64,000 bases of DNA from positions 372,001 through 436,000 of the forward strand of contig JAPDFW010000054.1 of the NCBI GenBank assembly GCA_028826165.1. Direction: 5' to 3'. Position 1 is the stretch's first letter; every line of letters begins with the position of its first letter. A program made the position numbers and the translations under genes. The notes beneath the pieces are model-generated. The model made no database searches. It was not told where the DNA came from and saw nothing but the letters and a program-made list of their open reading frames with translations. This DNA comes from Anaeramoeba ignava BMAN. Lineage: Eukaryota; Protista; Anaeramoebae. Below, piece after piece: positions 1 through 13,216 of this stretch.

Positions 1-1
1 A

Positions 2-3000
2 GAAAATTCAAGAAACAATAAGTTGTTGGAAAATTGGAATAATTTTTCAAATCAAATACAAGCTCAAAAAATTTACAATGAAATTTATTCATGTAGAAAT
101 ATTGATGATGAAAAATTCAAAATTCCTCTTGAATCCCATGATTTTTCATCTCTTCCCATTTCTAATACCAACCAAAACAATCTTCCACAAAATCAGTTGT
201 TAGAAATCAACTCTCCATTATATTTCGTTTCACGCTATTCTTGGTTTCAACAATGGTCCCAATCTACTCAACAAAGAATTTCTTTGGAATTTGACCACAT
301 TTCCAATAATACCTCTATATTCCATAATTTTATACAGCAAAATTCACATCTAGAAACCCTTCTTTCAGACAAAATCCGTTATTTTATCAGCCGCTTTGAT
401 TTCATATCACTATCTCATTTAATCAAAATTCATCAAAAAGAAATCGTTTCCGATAAGAAAACCGCACTTAAATTGTTTTCAAACTCACTTAGTTATTGTT
501 CAAATTTTTTGAGAACCAAAATTGAAAATTATTTAATCCAAAATTCAATTCTTTCCTTCAAGAATTTTTCCAACTCAAAAGATTTTCTTTTCCATCTTTT
601 TTACTCTTCACACTTTTTCCATCAAGAAATTTACGAAATTGTCAATAATAAAAATAACCTACTTCAAAATATTCAAATAAAATCAAATATTCATTCTGTT
701 AATCAAATCTTAGAGCAGTTTATTATTTTTTGTGCTGAGAATTCTCTTTTCAATGTTCTTAATTTAATCATTTATCATTTCAACTTTCCTCTTGAAAATT
801 TACTACAAAAAGAAAAACCATCTCAAATATTATCTTGGCTCAAGATTTTTGAGATTATTCAAAACGAATCAAATATTTTGCATTCTAATAATGAAAAAAT
901 ATATGATCTTTCTCTTCTAAATTTTCAAGCAATTTCCAATATTGAAATTTCTTCAGATTATCCCTTGATTTGGATTAGTTCAATGATTTATTCTGATCGC
1001 TTTCCTTCTTTATTTCAAATCAATGAAAAAAATCAATCAAATGAAATCCATTCTTTTTTCAACAAATATTCAAAACTATACTCTTTTACATTTCCCCAAA
1101 AATTCCTTAATCAATTCGAGAAGTTTTCCAAAGAAAATGAGAATTGGAATAATCAACTCAATTATTTTTCTTCAAGATTTGATTGCTCGATTTTCCAATT
1201 AATTTGTGAAGAAAGAAAAATGAAAAATATCAAGTCTTATATATTACAAACAATTACAAAACCACTCTCAAATTTATTTTATGTTGCAAATCCAAATTAC
1301 CAAGAATCATTTGATATTGTATTCCATTTAATTTTTCAAGGATCCTTTTCAGGTTTTTATTTTTGGAATAAAACATTACACAATAAAATCAAGATAGATT
1401 TGCAACAAAATGATTATCTGAATACTTTGCATGATTTAGTTATGATTATCGCAATAGAAAATTTTCTCAATAACTCACATGTTGCCTCTTCTTTTGTTTT
1501 CCTTGAATTAATGGGAATTTCTACACAAAAAATGGTTTTGTTTTGTTTTATTTCCAAAATTCTCCATTTTTATTACCAAATTAATCAGCATCAATCACCA
1601 TTTTTTTATCAACAAAATGAAGACGAAAAAGAGCTTCAATCTTTGTGGGATTTCAAGATTATCAATTTCCAAAAAATGTTCAAAAATATTACGTTTTCTC
1701 CAAATATAAATCAAAAAGTGAAAAATCAGTTATTTTCTTTAATTATCCCAAATAAATCAGAAAATGTAGAAGCTATTTATCAACAACTACTTGAAGTTTT
1801 TAATTTTTTTCGAAAAAGAGTTCGGCAAAGATATTCTGTTAATAACTTTATTATAACATTTTGGATTTTCAAATCAATTCAATTATTTTCTACTTTTTAT
1901 TCGATTGATTTTAGCAACTCTTTAATATCAATATTTCTTGAAGATGGTGATTGGATTCATCTTCTTGATTTGTTTTCCAACTGTGAATTAAAATCTGAGC
2001 AAATAATTTTAATGAATCAAGAAGAATTCAATTACAATGAATTATATCATATTCCATTGATTTTCCGCAATTTATTATCATCAAAACCTTTATTAAGTTC
2101 TAAACTATCTCTTTCCAAACAAAAAATAATCGATTTCAATATTCTAGAATATGTAATTATGATCCAACATCAGTATTTGCATGTTTCTAATTTGATTGAA
2201 AAGGGAATTGTTTCAAAGCAACCTATTTATATTACAACTGCAGATAATATTTCAAATAACATTGGATTAATTCCATTAATGATTGCATATTTTTGCGCAC
2301 AAAATATCGCATGCAAAGATATTGTGCAAATTCTTTTTCAATTCCCAGAATTCCAATCTGAAAATCAAGAAGAAATTTTAAATCAAGAAGAATTGTCACA
2401 AAAAAAGCTTATTGAATTAATTACCCAAAACAGTATAAAAATGAACCATTTTAACAAAATTATTCTTCATTTAGTTGAAAAAAAAGAAAATTATTTAGTT
2501 ATGAAAGCTTTTGAAATATTTGATAACGGAAACTTGATTCAATATTTCCTCAAATTCATCCGTTTTTTCCAAATGAATGCATTTACCAAATGTAAATTGA
2601 TTTTGGAAAGTTTTCCTGAAAATTTTTCTTTGGAAACTAAACAAAGAATTGGTGATCATAATTGGGTGTTTTTTGTATCAAAGGAGTTATTTAAAATGAA
2701 ATTTGACAATCAGTTTAATTCATTTCAACAGAAAATATTTATTCGAATTCTCTCAAAATGGAAATTACTTGCACTTGTTTTTCCTTCTCTTTATAAAATG
2801 GTTAAATTTTGTACAAAAATCCAAAATTCAAATATTATCATCAATATTTTTCATGATCATGAATCAAATATTCAAAAACTCACACAGAATTCAATGACGA
2901 AAGAAGCTAGAATATATTCGAATGAATTTGGATTATCTTGTGATTTAATAGCATTATTTCATGTAGGAAAATATTTGGCTCCAAAAATTAAATTGGGATT

Positions 3001-5206
3001 CAAAATACATAATTCAAGGAAACTTCTTATTGAAAAATGCAACAAAATTTTCAAGAAATGGAGAATTGAACAAAAAGAAATTGTTGCTGAGTTTTTCCTT
3101 TTACAAATCGATTTAATGGGAAGTTTTCAGGAAATTATCACACCTCAAGAATACATATTCATATTAGAAATATCACTTGAATGGTTAGAAAGCCATTCCA
3201 AAAGAAATTTATTTGAAGATTACATAAACACACTTAAACTTATGATTAAATTCTTTTCCGTTATTATTGAATTAGGGAAATGGAATAAAATTGGATCATT
3301 TGTTCGATTTCTTCCAAATCCGAATTCCCATATCTCATTCAATGAAAATCAATTTAAAAATGAATTTGAAAATGATGAATATTTAGGTTTTACTTTGCAA
3401 AAATTACTTGAGTTTCAATCAAATATTGATTTTTGGAATAATTACCTTCTTTCCAAATTTGAAAAAAGAATGAATTCTTACAAAAATAGAATTTTACAAA
3501 AAATCACTTTTACACAACAAGAAATTGAAGTATTTGATTTGATAATTGCAGAAATGTTAAGAAAAAGAATGGTGAATGAAGCAATTAAACTTTATGAAGA
3601 ATTTGGATTCCAAACAAAATTAGATCTTCACATTTTCGAATCAAGTTGCATTCTTGCAGAAAGTCAAAAATTGGATCATCCAGAAAAACTCATTCCACAA
3701 GAACTAAAAAGAAAATTTGGGAAAGAAAAACAGATTGCATCTAAATTGGATGTAATTTTATTTTTAATGAAAAATTCACGAAAATATAAACATCATGTAA
3801 ATAGAGTTTATATTGATCTTAAAATATCTTCTGAAATCAACATTTCTTATCAAGAAATCCAAAAAGAACCATTTAAAATTGTGGAAATACTACTTAATCA
3901 AGAACTGTGTGGAAGCTCAATATTCTTTAAATTTGTGAAAGAACACCAACTTTTGAGTCCTTTTTTAGATGGTTTACTTGTTGAAAAGTGTTTTAATTGC
4001 ATCCTTCAACATGAAAATGATCAAATTGAAGATGAAACAAATTTCGGATATTTTGGAGATCACAAGCATTTGGAAACACAAAGTATTGATGATTTTTTCT
4101 ATCAAAACAAGAATTTTTATCATTTACTTTCACTTATTGATCAACAAGAATTTTTTGCGCGAAGATTATTATTATTATTTGAAAAGAAAACCCAAAATAG
4201 CGCGATTAAAATCAAAACAAAAAGTAAAATATTCGTTCGAGCATTTCTTTGTTTTGAACATACAAGCTCATACAAATACAAAAATATGACTGAGAAAAGC
4301 ATTCTCAAATTGATTTTAGAATGCCAAGAACAAAAAAATACTGAGCTATTATCACATTTATTTGTTCAAATACACAACAATCAGCACTTGAAGTTAATTT
4401 TCAATTATTTGCAAAAACAAGAAAATGGAATCAATCTTCTTTTTAAAAGAAATCCAAATTTAAATAATATAACAAATTTAAGAACAGTGCTTCTAGAATT
4501 CTATTCACAAAAATTAATGAAAAATCGAGCACTCCTCTCGAAAGTATTTGAACATTTTGGATTGTGGACAGATCTTGGTAACGTTCTTTTGGAAAATAGT
4601 CATAAAAAGATTCAAAAAATCACATCCAAAAATTATATACCTTTAAAAATACACAATTTTAAAAAATTTCATTCCATCCAAAAAAATCTTGTTAAATCAT
4701 CACAATGCTTCTCAGAAGCCAAATTGGATCAGAAATTACTTAAATCAATTTCTTTGTTTTCTGAAATTTCAATTCAAATTGAATGCTCAGATATTCAACT
4801 TTTTGGAAATGTATCAAAACAAGAAATTTTAAAGCAAAAACTAACAAATTTCTATCATGCTTTAACTTTTGCTGAAATTCACAATTTGGATCATGAGGAA
4901 ATTTGGGCACAATGTTTGTTTCATCAAATCATTTATCAACAAAACATGAATTATACTTTTCTTTTTATAACAGTTTTTATTATCAAAAAAACACTTATTA
5001 AAAAATTAAGTCAAATTTATAAATTAGAAATTTCTCGAATTCAAAATCAATCAAGAAAAGAGGAAATTAAACAAAATATGGCATCTTTTTTATTAGAAAT
5101 TCTTCCTAGTTCTGATTATTTATGTATTTTTAAAGTTGCTAAAAAATTAGGATTTGAAAAAGAAGCACAATTTATAGATGAAAAAATACTTTCAAAACAA
5201 TATTAA
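2..5206 (+). CDS. SPG11: Spatacsin (SPG11)-like protein, 5'-truncated by the window edge
   Basis: Frame is open from position 2. C-terminus LTNFYHALTFAEIHNL..IWAQCLFHQII..NMNY..F..YK..NMASFL..DYLCIFKVAKKLGF resembles the spatacsin C-terminal domain (human LPRFYQASIVAEAY..WAEILYQQVI..YKLA). The rest is divergent helical sequence. Confidence 0.75.
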   Translation, partial: ENSRNNKLLENWNNFSNQIQAQKIYNEIYSCRNIDDEKFKIPLESHDFSSLPISNTNQNNLPQNQLLEINSPLYFVSRYSWFQQWSQSTQQRISLEFDHISNNTSIFHNFIQQNSHLETLLSDKIRYFISRFDFISLSHLIKIHQKEIVSDKKTALKLFSNSLSYCSNFLRTKIENYLIQNSILSFKNFSNSKDFLFHLFYSSHFFHQEIYEIVNNKNNLLQNIQIKSNIHSVNQILEQFIIFCAENSLFNVLNLIIYHFNFPLENLLQKEKPSQILSWLKIFEIIQNESNILHSNNEKIYDLSLLNFQAISNIEISSDYPLIWISSMIYSDRFPSLFQINEKNQSNEIHSFFNKYSKLYSFTFPQKFLNQFEKFSKENENWNNQLNYFSSRFDCSIFQLICEERKMKNIKSYILQTITKPLSNLFYVANPNYQESFDIVFHLIFQGSFSGFYFWNKTLHNKIKIDLQQNDYLNTLHDLVMIIAIENFLNNSHVASSFVFLELMGISTQKMVLFCFISKILHFYYQINQHQSPFFYQQNEDEKELQSLWDFKIINFQKMFKNITFSPNINQKVKNQLFSLIIPNKSENVEAIYQQLLEVFNFFRKRVRQRYSVNNFIITFWIFKSIQLFSTFYSIDFSNSLISIFLEDGDWIHLLDLFSNCELKSEQIILMNQEEFNYNELYHIPLIFRNLLSSKPLLSSKLSLSKQKIIDFNILEYVIMIQHQYLHVSNLIEKGIVSKQPIYITTADNISNNIGLIPLMIAYFCAQNIACKDIVQILFQFPEFQSENQEEILNQEELSQKKLIELITQNSIKMNHFNKIILHLVEKKENYLVMKAFEIFDNGNLIQYFLKFIRFFQMNAFTKCKLILESFPENFSLETKQRIGDHNWVFFVSKELFKMKFDNQFNSFQQKIFIRILSKWKLLALVFPSLYKMVKFCTKIQNSNIIINIFHDHESNIQKLTQNSMTKEARIYSNEFGLSCDLIALFHVGKYLAPKIKLGFKIHNSRKLLIEKCNKIFKKWRIEQKEIVAEFFLLQIDLMGSFQEIITPQEYIFILEISLEWLESHSKRNLFEDYINTLKLMIKFFSVIIELGKWNKIGSFVRFLPNPNSHISFNENQFKNEFENDEYLGFTLQKLLEFQSNIDFWNNYLLSKFEKRMNSYKNRILQKITFTQQEIEVFDLIIAEMLRKRMVNEAIKLYEEFGFQTKLDLHIFESSCILAESQKLDHPEKLIPQELKRKFGKEKQIASKLDVILFLMKNSRKYKHHVNRVYIDLKISSEINISYQEIQKEPFKIVEILLNQELCGSSIFFKFVKEHQLLSPFLDGLLVEKCFNCILQHENDQIEDETNFGYFGDHKHLETQSIDDFFYQNKNFYHLLSLIDQQEFFARRLLLLFEKKTQNSAIKIKTKSKIFVRAFLCFEHTSSYKYKNMTEKSILKLILECQEQKNTELLSHLFVQIHNNQHLKLIFNYLQKQENGINLLFKRNPNLNNITNLRTVLLEFYSQKLMKNRALLSKVFEHFGLWTDLGNVLLENSHKKIQKITSKNYIPLKIHNFKKFHSIQKNLVKSSQCFSEAKLDQKLLKSISLFSEISIQIECSDIQLFGNVSKQEILKQKLTNFYHALTFAEIHNLDHEEIWAQCLFHQIIYQQNMNYTFLFITVFIIKKTLIKKLSQIYKLEISRIQNQSRKEEIKQNMASFLLEILPSSDYLCIFKVAKKLGFEKEAQFIDEKILSKQY

Positions 5207-5330
5207 AATTTATATTCATTTTTTTTTTGATTAATGAAATATAAAAAATAAAAGGAATTTAATTAAATCAAAAAAAAAACACAAACAATTTATTCATTTT
5301 CAAATAATAATAATTAATTTTTAATTTAAA

Positions 5331-8300
5331 TTAATTTGAATTTGAATCTGAATCTGATAATAATTGAGGTTTAAAGTTTTCTGTAAATTCAACATTAATT
5401 TCATTATTTGAATCTGATTCCCAATTTGAATTTTCATTAGAATTTGAAATTGAATTTGCTTTTGAATTTGCTTTAGAATTTGTTTTTTGAATTTGTTTTT
5501 GAATTTGTTTTAGAATTTGCTTTAGAATTTGATTTTGAGTTTGCTTTAGAATTTGAATTTGAATTTGATTTAGAATTAGATTTAGAATTTGATTTTGAAT
5601 TTGATTTAGATTTAGAATTTGAATTTGAATTTGATTTAGATTTTGAATTTGATTTAGAATATGAATCTGATAATAATTGTGGTCGAAAAAAAATGGATAA
5701 AATTGAATCATCTTTTAATTCTTGTTTTAATTCTTGTTTTAATTCTTGTTTTAGTTCTTTTTTGAAATGCTCCTTTAAATTATTATTTGAATCTTGTTGT
5801 AAATTTTTTGAATCATTTTTTGAATCTTCCTTTAAATTATTTTTTAATTGTTCTTTTAGTTCTTGTTTTATTTCTTGTTTTAATTCTTCCTTCAAATTAT
5901 TATTTAAATCTTCTTGTAAATTATTTGAATCTTCGTTTAAATTATTTGAATCTTCTTTTAAATTATTTGAATCTTCTTGTAAATTATTTGAATTATTTTT
6001 TAATTGCTCTTTTAGTTCTTGTTTTAATTCTTGTTTTAATTCTTCCTTCAAATTATTATTTGAATTTTGTTGTAAATCTTGTTGTAAATCTTGTTGTAAA
6101 TTATTTTGAATCTTCGTTTAAATTTTCATCATTTACTTCTTCAACCATCTCACCAAATTGTAATTGTAATAATTCACTTTTTTCATAATTTCTTCTTCTA
6201 TTTTTTCCACTTATACTCATTTTAGTAAAATTACCGAAAGAAAAAGTGGAATCATCATCATGTTGATTAGGAATCGAAATATTATCTAAAGATTGGTTTA
6301 AATTTTTGGATAATAATTGAATTGAATTTGTACTTTCTTGATCTAATTGGAATTCATTTGAAGCAAGAGAGAAATCTTTTTTTTCATTTTCCAAAATTTG
6401 TGCGTGATATTTAGAGGCAAATTTTTGGGTTTTTGTTGGATGTAAATCGACAACAACAACGGAAATATTATCATTACTTCCTTTAGCATAAGCACGATTT
6501 TTAATTAAAATAGCAGAATAATAAGGATCTCTAATTAAATGAGCAATATCAACAGCTTCTTGGTCGGATAAAGCATCCCAAACACCATCACAAGCAAGAA
6601 TTAAATAACGGTCTTTTGGGCCAATTTCAAACGAGAAAATATAAGGTTCTGAATCAACAAAAGGTTTGAATTCAAAATCACCAATTGAACGAGAAACACC
6701 GATAATTCCGTTCACTCTTCCGTCTCTTGATACAATTCCTCCAAGTGAACGAATCCGTTTTATTTCGGATTTCACATCTGGTTTGTGATCAAATGTGAGT
6801 CGGAATGCCTTTTTTTCTCGGCTTAGAACAGCCCTTGAATCCCCAACATTTCCGACAAAACATTTGTTATCTACAATTAAGGCAAAAACTGCTGTTGATC
6901 CACTTTCTGTATTTGTTTTTTCAAGTTTTTTGTTGATGTTGTTGATTGTTTCCTGAAACGCCTTTTTGACTTGATTTCTTTTCTCTTCTTCTTCAATTGA
7001 TGATAATTTGAAATGCTGATCTGCTTGTAAAAATTTTTGAATGGAATAATTACTCATTAGATTTGATCTTAATTCCTGGATTTTTTTGGTTTTTGATTTT
7101 AATTCATTTTCCAAATCAAGATAAAAATCCATTTTTGCAATTTTTTGTTTTTCATCATTTGCAATATTTGAATAATCTGTATTTTTTTTTGATATTTTTT
7201 GGAGATGAGGAAATAATTTTTTCAATCTTTCTCCAATCATTTTGGGGAAAAGTAAAGCAGCAAAATCTGCAGTGAATCTACCCTTATGACCATCAAAAAC
7301 AGCGAAAAAATCGACATCTTGAAAATTATCAAAATTGCCGTGAATAGCAACACTATCTTCCATTGTTTTTCTTTTTCCGATTGTTTCTGAGTAACCGACT
7401 TTAAATCTTGAGCTTTTCCAATTTATTTCTCTTCCAAAAAAAATGTTGGTTGAAGGATCAACAAGTAATTCTTTAAGACAAGGGAATTTCAAAGAAGGTT
7501 GATTAATATTCATGTTATCGTTGTTGTTATTATTTATATTATTGGTTTTTGAGGAAGTGTTAATATTTTGCAAATTTTTTTGGATTTGATTTCTTTTTTG
7601 GTTGAAACGAATAAATATTTCTTCCTGTCTTTCGTGATTTTTGTTTGATTTTTGATTTGATTTCTGATTTGATTTCTCTGGTGATTTGCTCGATATTACC
7701 ATCAATAAATTTTGGAATTTTGAAGATAATGTGTTTCCTTCTAAATGCAAAAATTGAAGCTTAGGAAGTTGAGAAATTGAAGACAAATCCAAATCAATGC
7801 TGTGATTAAAAGATAGTTTCAAAATTTCCAATTCTTGAAAATTTTGGAAAATTTCAGAAGGAAAATTTGCAATTTGATTATGAGAAAGATCCAAATGCTT
7901 TATATTCTTTAGTTTTGACCATAACGGAGACATTTCTGATAATAAATTTGCTGAGAAATCAATTTTGATAAGTCCTTTTTTGGAAGTGGAGGCCAAATCA
8001 AAGAAAGAATCAGGAATTTCAGATACTTTGTTGTTACTCAAATTAATTTCTGATAAAGAACGCATTTTTCCAATTGAAGGAGAAATGAAGTGAATTTTAT
8101 TATCACTTAAGTTGAGTTCTTTCAAGAGCATTAACAAAATAAAGTGGCTTGGGACTATTCTGAGTTTGCAATTACTCATAAATAATTTTTGGAGTTTTGG
8201 CAAGGAAAAAATTTGGAGAGGAATTTTTTCGAAAAAATTAAAAGATAAATTTAAGGCGTTAAGACCCTTCATTTCACAAAAGGTTTCGGGTAAATTTTTC

Positions 8301-9646
8301 AAGCGATTTCTGTTGAGATCCAATTTATAAACAAGAGCCAATTTACCAATCTCATTTGGAATTTGAGAAATATTATTTCGAGACAAATCAAGTTCGTTGA
8401 GATTTTTCAAAAACCCAATATTAGGATGTAATTCTTCAAGCAAATTCGCAGATAAATTAAGAATCATTAGGCTTTCCAATGCGGATATTGAAGACGGAAG
8501 TTTGCGAATGTTATTGTTTGATAAATTCAATTTGGATAAAGATGGCAAATGTTGGAACGCGTTTTCAGAAAAGGATTCCAAATGATTAAAAGAAAGATCC
8601 AATTCGAAAATTTTTTTGTGGTTCAAATTAAAAGAGGAAACTTGGTTGTGTGACAAAATAAGAAGTTGCAATTGAGACAAATCAGAAATTATTTCGGGAA
8701 TGATTGTAAAATTGTTGTAGTTCAAATTCAATTCAAGAAGTGAAGAATCAAGCCTTGCGAAGGAATCAGGCAAAGCTTTCAAGTTGTTTTTTTCTAACGA
8801 TAAAAATGAAAGTTTTGTCAGTTTCCCAATTTCATTATGAATTATTGAAATATTGTTTGATTCGCCAATAAGGATTTGAAGATTTGATAAATGGGAGATT
8901 GATTTGGGGATTCCTTCAATCAAATTAAAAGAAAAATCAATGCGATAAAGAGAGCAACAATTCCGCAAAGTTTTCTCAATTTCGAATAACTTGATTTTGT
9001 TGTTTGAAATATCCAAAACTTTCAAATCCGTTAGAGAACTTAGATTTTGCGAGAATTCATGCAAAAAATTGCCGCTGATATTGAGTTCTCTTAAGTTGGA
9101 AAAGCTATGAAAAGAATGCGGAATTTTTTCAATAAAATTTCTTGACAGATCCAATTTTTTCAAGCGTTTTAAAAATCCAAAACTTGTTTCTGGAATTATT
9201 TGGATATTATTTTGATTCAGATTCAATTCTTCTAAATTTGACAATTTTTGGATCTTTTCTGGTATTTGCGTTAAATTATTCGAACTTAAATCCAAACAAA
9301 GCAGATTTTTCATTTCAAATAAATTTAATGGAATTTTTTTGAGATTATTTTTTCTCCAAATAAGATTGTTTATTGTTTCATTATTAATTAATGTTTTGGA
9401 AAGTTTTTGAATGTTATTGTTTGTTATATCAAGTGTTTTTAAAGTGTGGCAAAGTTTTATAATTTCTGGTATTTTGTTCAAATTCATTCCAACAAAATTT
9501 AAATTTTCTGTTGAAGAATTTGAATTTGAATTTGAATTTGATGAATCTAATAAAATTTTCAAAAACGAAAATTATTTTAATTTTAATTTTAATTAGAAAA
9601 TTTTCTTTTTTTGGTTTTTTAAATTACTTTGTAAAGGAATTGACAT
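5331..9646 (-). CDS. Leucine-rich-repeat + PP2C (PPM) phosphatase with low-complexity C-tail
   Basis: Exon 1 9646-9628 (MSIPLQ), GT-AG intron 9627-9547, then more than 20 LRRs (LxxLxLxxNxL) and PP2C motifs MED, VFDGHKG, NVGDSR, DHKP, SRSIGD, LACDGVWD, DNISV. The ORF-track stop at 6101 and another at 5473 look like single-base slips in repeats; the true stop is probably 5331. Confidence 0.85.
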
Positions 9647-10018
9647 TTAAAAATATTCAAAAAAAAAAAAAAATTACAGAAGAAAAAAAATAAAAATGAA
9701 AAATTTAATTGAAAAAAAAAATTTTTTTTATAATTGATTTAAAAGTAAAAATTTTTAATGGCAAATTAACTAAAAAAAAATAGGAAAAAATTAAGAAAAA
9801 GTAGAAAATTTCAAAATAAATTCAAAAATTAATAAAAGGAAAATTTAGGTTTGAGGACAATTTTTAATTTAAAATTTTAATCAAAAAAAAAAAAAAAAAT
9901 TTAATTAATTTAAAAATTTCGAAAAAAATTTTTTCATTTTTTTTCTCTTTTCATTTCTATTTTTTTATATCTTTTATTTTTGTTTGTTTTTTTTCTTTCT
10001 TTCGTTTAAATTTTTTTG

Positions 10019-12952
10019 ATGGTTTGTTATTTATTTTCTTTTTTTTTTAAAAAAATTAAAAAAAAAAATTTTTTCAATTAAAATTTAACTTAAAAAAAAA
10101 AATAAAAACAAAATAAAAACAAAAACAAAACAAAACAAAACAAAATAAAATAAAACAAATTTAGTCTGAAATTCACAGTTAGTTTTAATTCAATCAAAAA
10201 ATCAAAAAATCAAAAAATCAATAAAAAAATAAATAATAAATAATAAAATAATTTTTTATTATAAAAGAAATTGCTGTTGTTGGAGGAGGTGGAGTTGGTA
10301 AAAGTTGTTTAATTATTCGTTTTTTAAATGATGTTTTCTTTGAACAATATGACCCAACAACTGGTAATTGAAAAAAAAAAAAAAAAAAAAAATCGTTTTA
10401 TTTTATATTTTTTTTAATTTTTATTTATTTTTAAAAAAGAGGAAAGATATCGTAAAGATTTTATAATTGATGGAAAAGCAACTTCTCTTGATATTTTGGA
10501 TACTGCTGGTCAAGAAGAATTTAAGACATTAGGAGATCGAGTAAATTTAATTAATTATAAATAAAATTTAATTAATATAATTATAAATATAATTATAAAT
10601 TTAATTATAAATTTAATTATAAATATAATTATAAATTTAATTATAAATTTAATTATAAATTTAATTATAAATTTAATTATAAATTTAATTATAAATATAA
10701 TTATAAATTTAATTATAAATATAATTATAAATTTAATTATAAATATAATTTTAAAGTTCTATAAATTTAATAAATATAATTATAAATAATTATAAATTAT
10801 ATAAATTTAATTAAATTTAATTATAAATTTAATTATAAATTTAATTATAAATTTAAATTATAAATTTAATTATAAAAATTATAATTATAAATATAATTAT
10901 AAATTAATTATAAATATAATTATATAAATATAATTATAAATTTAATTATAAATATAATTATAAAATAATTAATAATATAATTATAAATATAATTATAAAT
11001 TAAAAATTTAATTATAAATTTAATTATAAATATAATTATAAATATAAATATAATTATAAATTTAATTATAAATTTAATTATAAATATAATTATAAATATA
11101 AATATAAATAAATAAATTATAAATTTAATTATAAATTTAATTATAAATTTAATTATAAATTTAATTATAAAAATTTAAATTATAAATTTATAAATTTAAT
11201 TATAAAATTTAATTATAAATTTAATTATAAATTTAAATAAATTTAATTATAAATTTAATTATAAAAATTTAATTATAAATATAAATTAATTATAAATTTA
11301 ATTATAAATTTAATTATAAATTTAATTATAAATTTAATTATAAATTATAAATAAAATAATTGCGAATTATAAATATAATAATTATATAATTATAATTATA
11401 AATAAATTATAAATTTAATTATAAATTTAATTAAATATAATTATAAATTTAATTATATTTAATTATAAATAAATTTAATTATAAAAATTATAATTATAAA
11501 TATAAATTTAATTATAAATTTAATTATAAATTTAATTTATAAATATAATTAATAAAATTTAAATAAATATAAATATAAATTTAATTATAATTATAAATAA
11601 ATATTATTATAAATTTAATTATAAATATAATTATAAATATAATTATAAATATAATTATAAATTTAATTATAAAAATTATAAATTTAATATATAAATTTAA
11701 ATATAATTATAAATATAATTATAAATTTAATTTAAATTTAATTATAAATTTAATTATAATTTATAATTATAAATTTAATTATAAATTTAATTTTATTAAA
11801 TTTATAATTTAATATAATTATAAATTTAATTATAAATAAATTAATTATTATTAAATTTAAATTATAAATTTAATTATAAATTAATAAATTTAATTATAAA
11901 TTTAATTATAAAATTTAATTATAAATTTAATTATAAATTTATTATAAATATAATTATTATAAATTATAAAATAAATTATAAATATAATTATATAAATAAA
12001 AATTAAATTAATATTAATTATAAAATAATAAATTATAATTATAAATTTAATTATAAATAAAAATTATAAATATAATTATAAATTTAATTATAAAATAATT
12101 ATAAATTTAATTATAAATTATAAATTTAATTGGTATAATTAAATTTAATTATAAATATAATTATAAATTTTTAATTTTACTTATAAATTTAATTATAAAT
12201 ATAATACAGATAAATTTAATTATAAATTTAATTATAAATTTAATTATAAAAATATAATTATAAATTTAAATATAAATAAATTTAATTATAAATTTAATTA
12301 ATTTAATTAAATTTAATTATAAATTTAATTAAATTTATAAATTTAATTATAAATATAAATTTAATTATAAATTTAATTATAAATTTAATTATAAATTTAA
12401 TTATAAATTTAATTATAAATTTAATTATAAATTTAATTATAAATATAATACAGATAAATTTAATTATAAATTTAATTATAAATTTAATTATAAATTTAAT
12501 TATAAATTTAATTATAAATTTAATTATAAATCTAAAATTAGAATTTCCAAAAAATGGAAGGGTTTCTATGTGTATTAAGTGTAGCATCAAAACCAACAAT
12601 TGGAGAAATACGAACAATAATACAACAAATCAAAAGAATCAAAGGAGACCAAATAGTTGGAGTTTTAGTAGCCAACAAATGTGATATAGCTGAAGAAGAT
12701 CGAGTAGTTTCACTTTCACAAGCAGAAGAATTAGCGCAAGAATTTGGAATGAAATTCTTTAGTTGCAGTGCAAAAACAGGATACAATGTTCAAGAAGCAT
12801 TTTTCCAGTGTGTTAGAGAAGTAATAAAAGATAAAAGAGATCAAGAACTCAATCCAAGAAAACTTACTCGAAATAAATCTTCTGTTAAACAACGGCAAAA
12901 AGCTCGCAAAAAAAGACAATCTGAAAGTTCTGGTTGCTGTATTTTGATTTGA
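10019..12952 (+). CDS. Divergent Ras-family GTPase (5 coding exons)
   Basis: Exons 10019-10021 (ATG), 10165-10177, 10268-10363, 10440-10540 and 12542-12952 splice in frame to [49 protein letters not shown] (CAAX). The first two micro-exons are less certain. Confidence 0.88.
10541..12541 (+). repeat. 2-kb intron consisting of a degenerate 12-mer array (ATAAATTTAATT)n
   Basis: GTAAAT donor at 10541, TTAG acceptor ending 12541; the repeat runs essentially from donor to acceptor. Confidence 0.95.
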
Positions 12953-13216
12953 AATACTTCCCTTTTATAACTCAAGTTAACTTTTTGTTTTTCGTTCATT
13001 TCTTTGTACCAAAATGGTTTGGTTGATTCTTTTCCAAAAAGAACAAACATCATTGTTTGATTTGAGATTTTCCTTGTTATATTTTTTTTTTCTATTGATC
13101 TTTCAATAAAACAAGGAAACTTTTAATTTTCCAAAAACCAAAAAATTTTTCCAAAAACAAGAAAGCAAAGAAAATAATTTATTAAAAAAATTAAAATTTA
13201 AAAAAAATTAATTTGA

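Noticed and set aside
2703-9342. Short ORFs overlapping SPG11 and LRR-PP2C in other frames or antisense
   Set aside because: Shadow ORFs with no motifs, inside well-supported genes.
6101-9562. Fungal-type adenylate cyclase (LRR-PP2C-cyclase)
   Set aside because: No cyclase domain follows PP2C, only low-complexity repeats.
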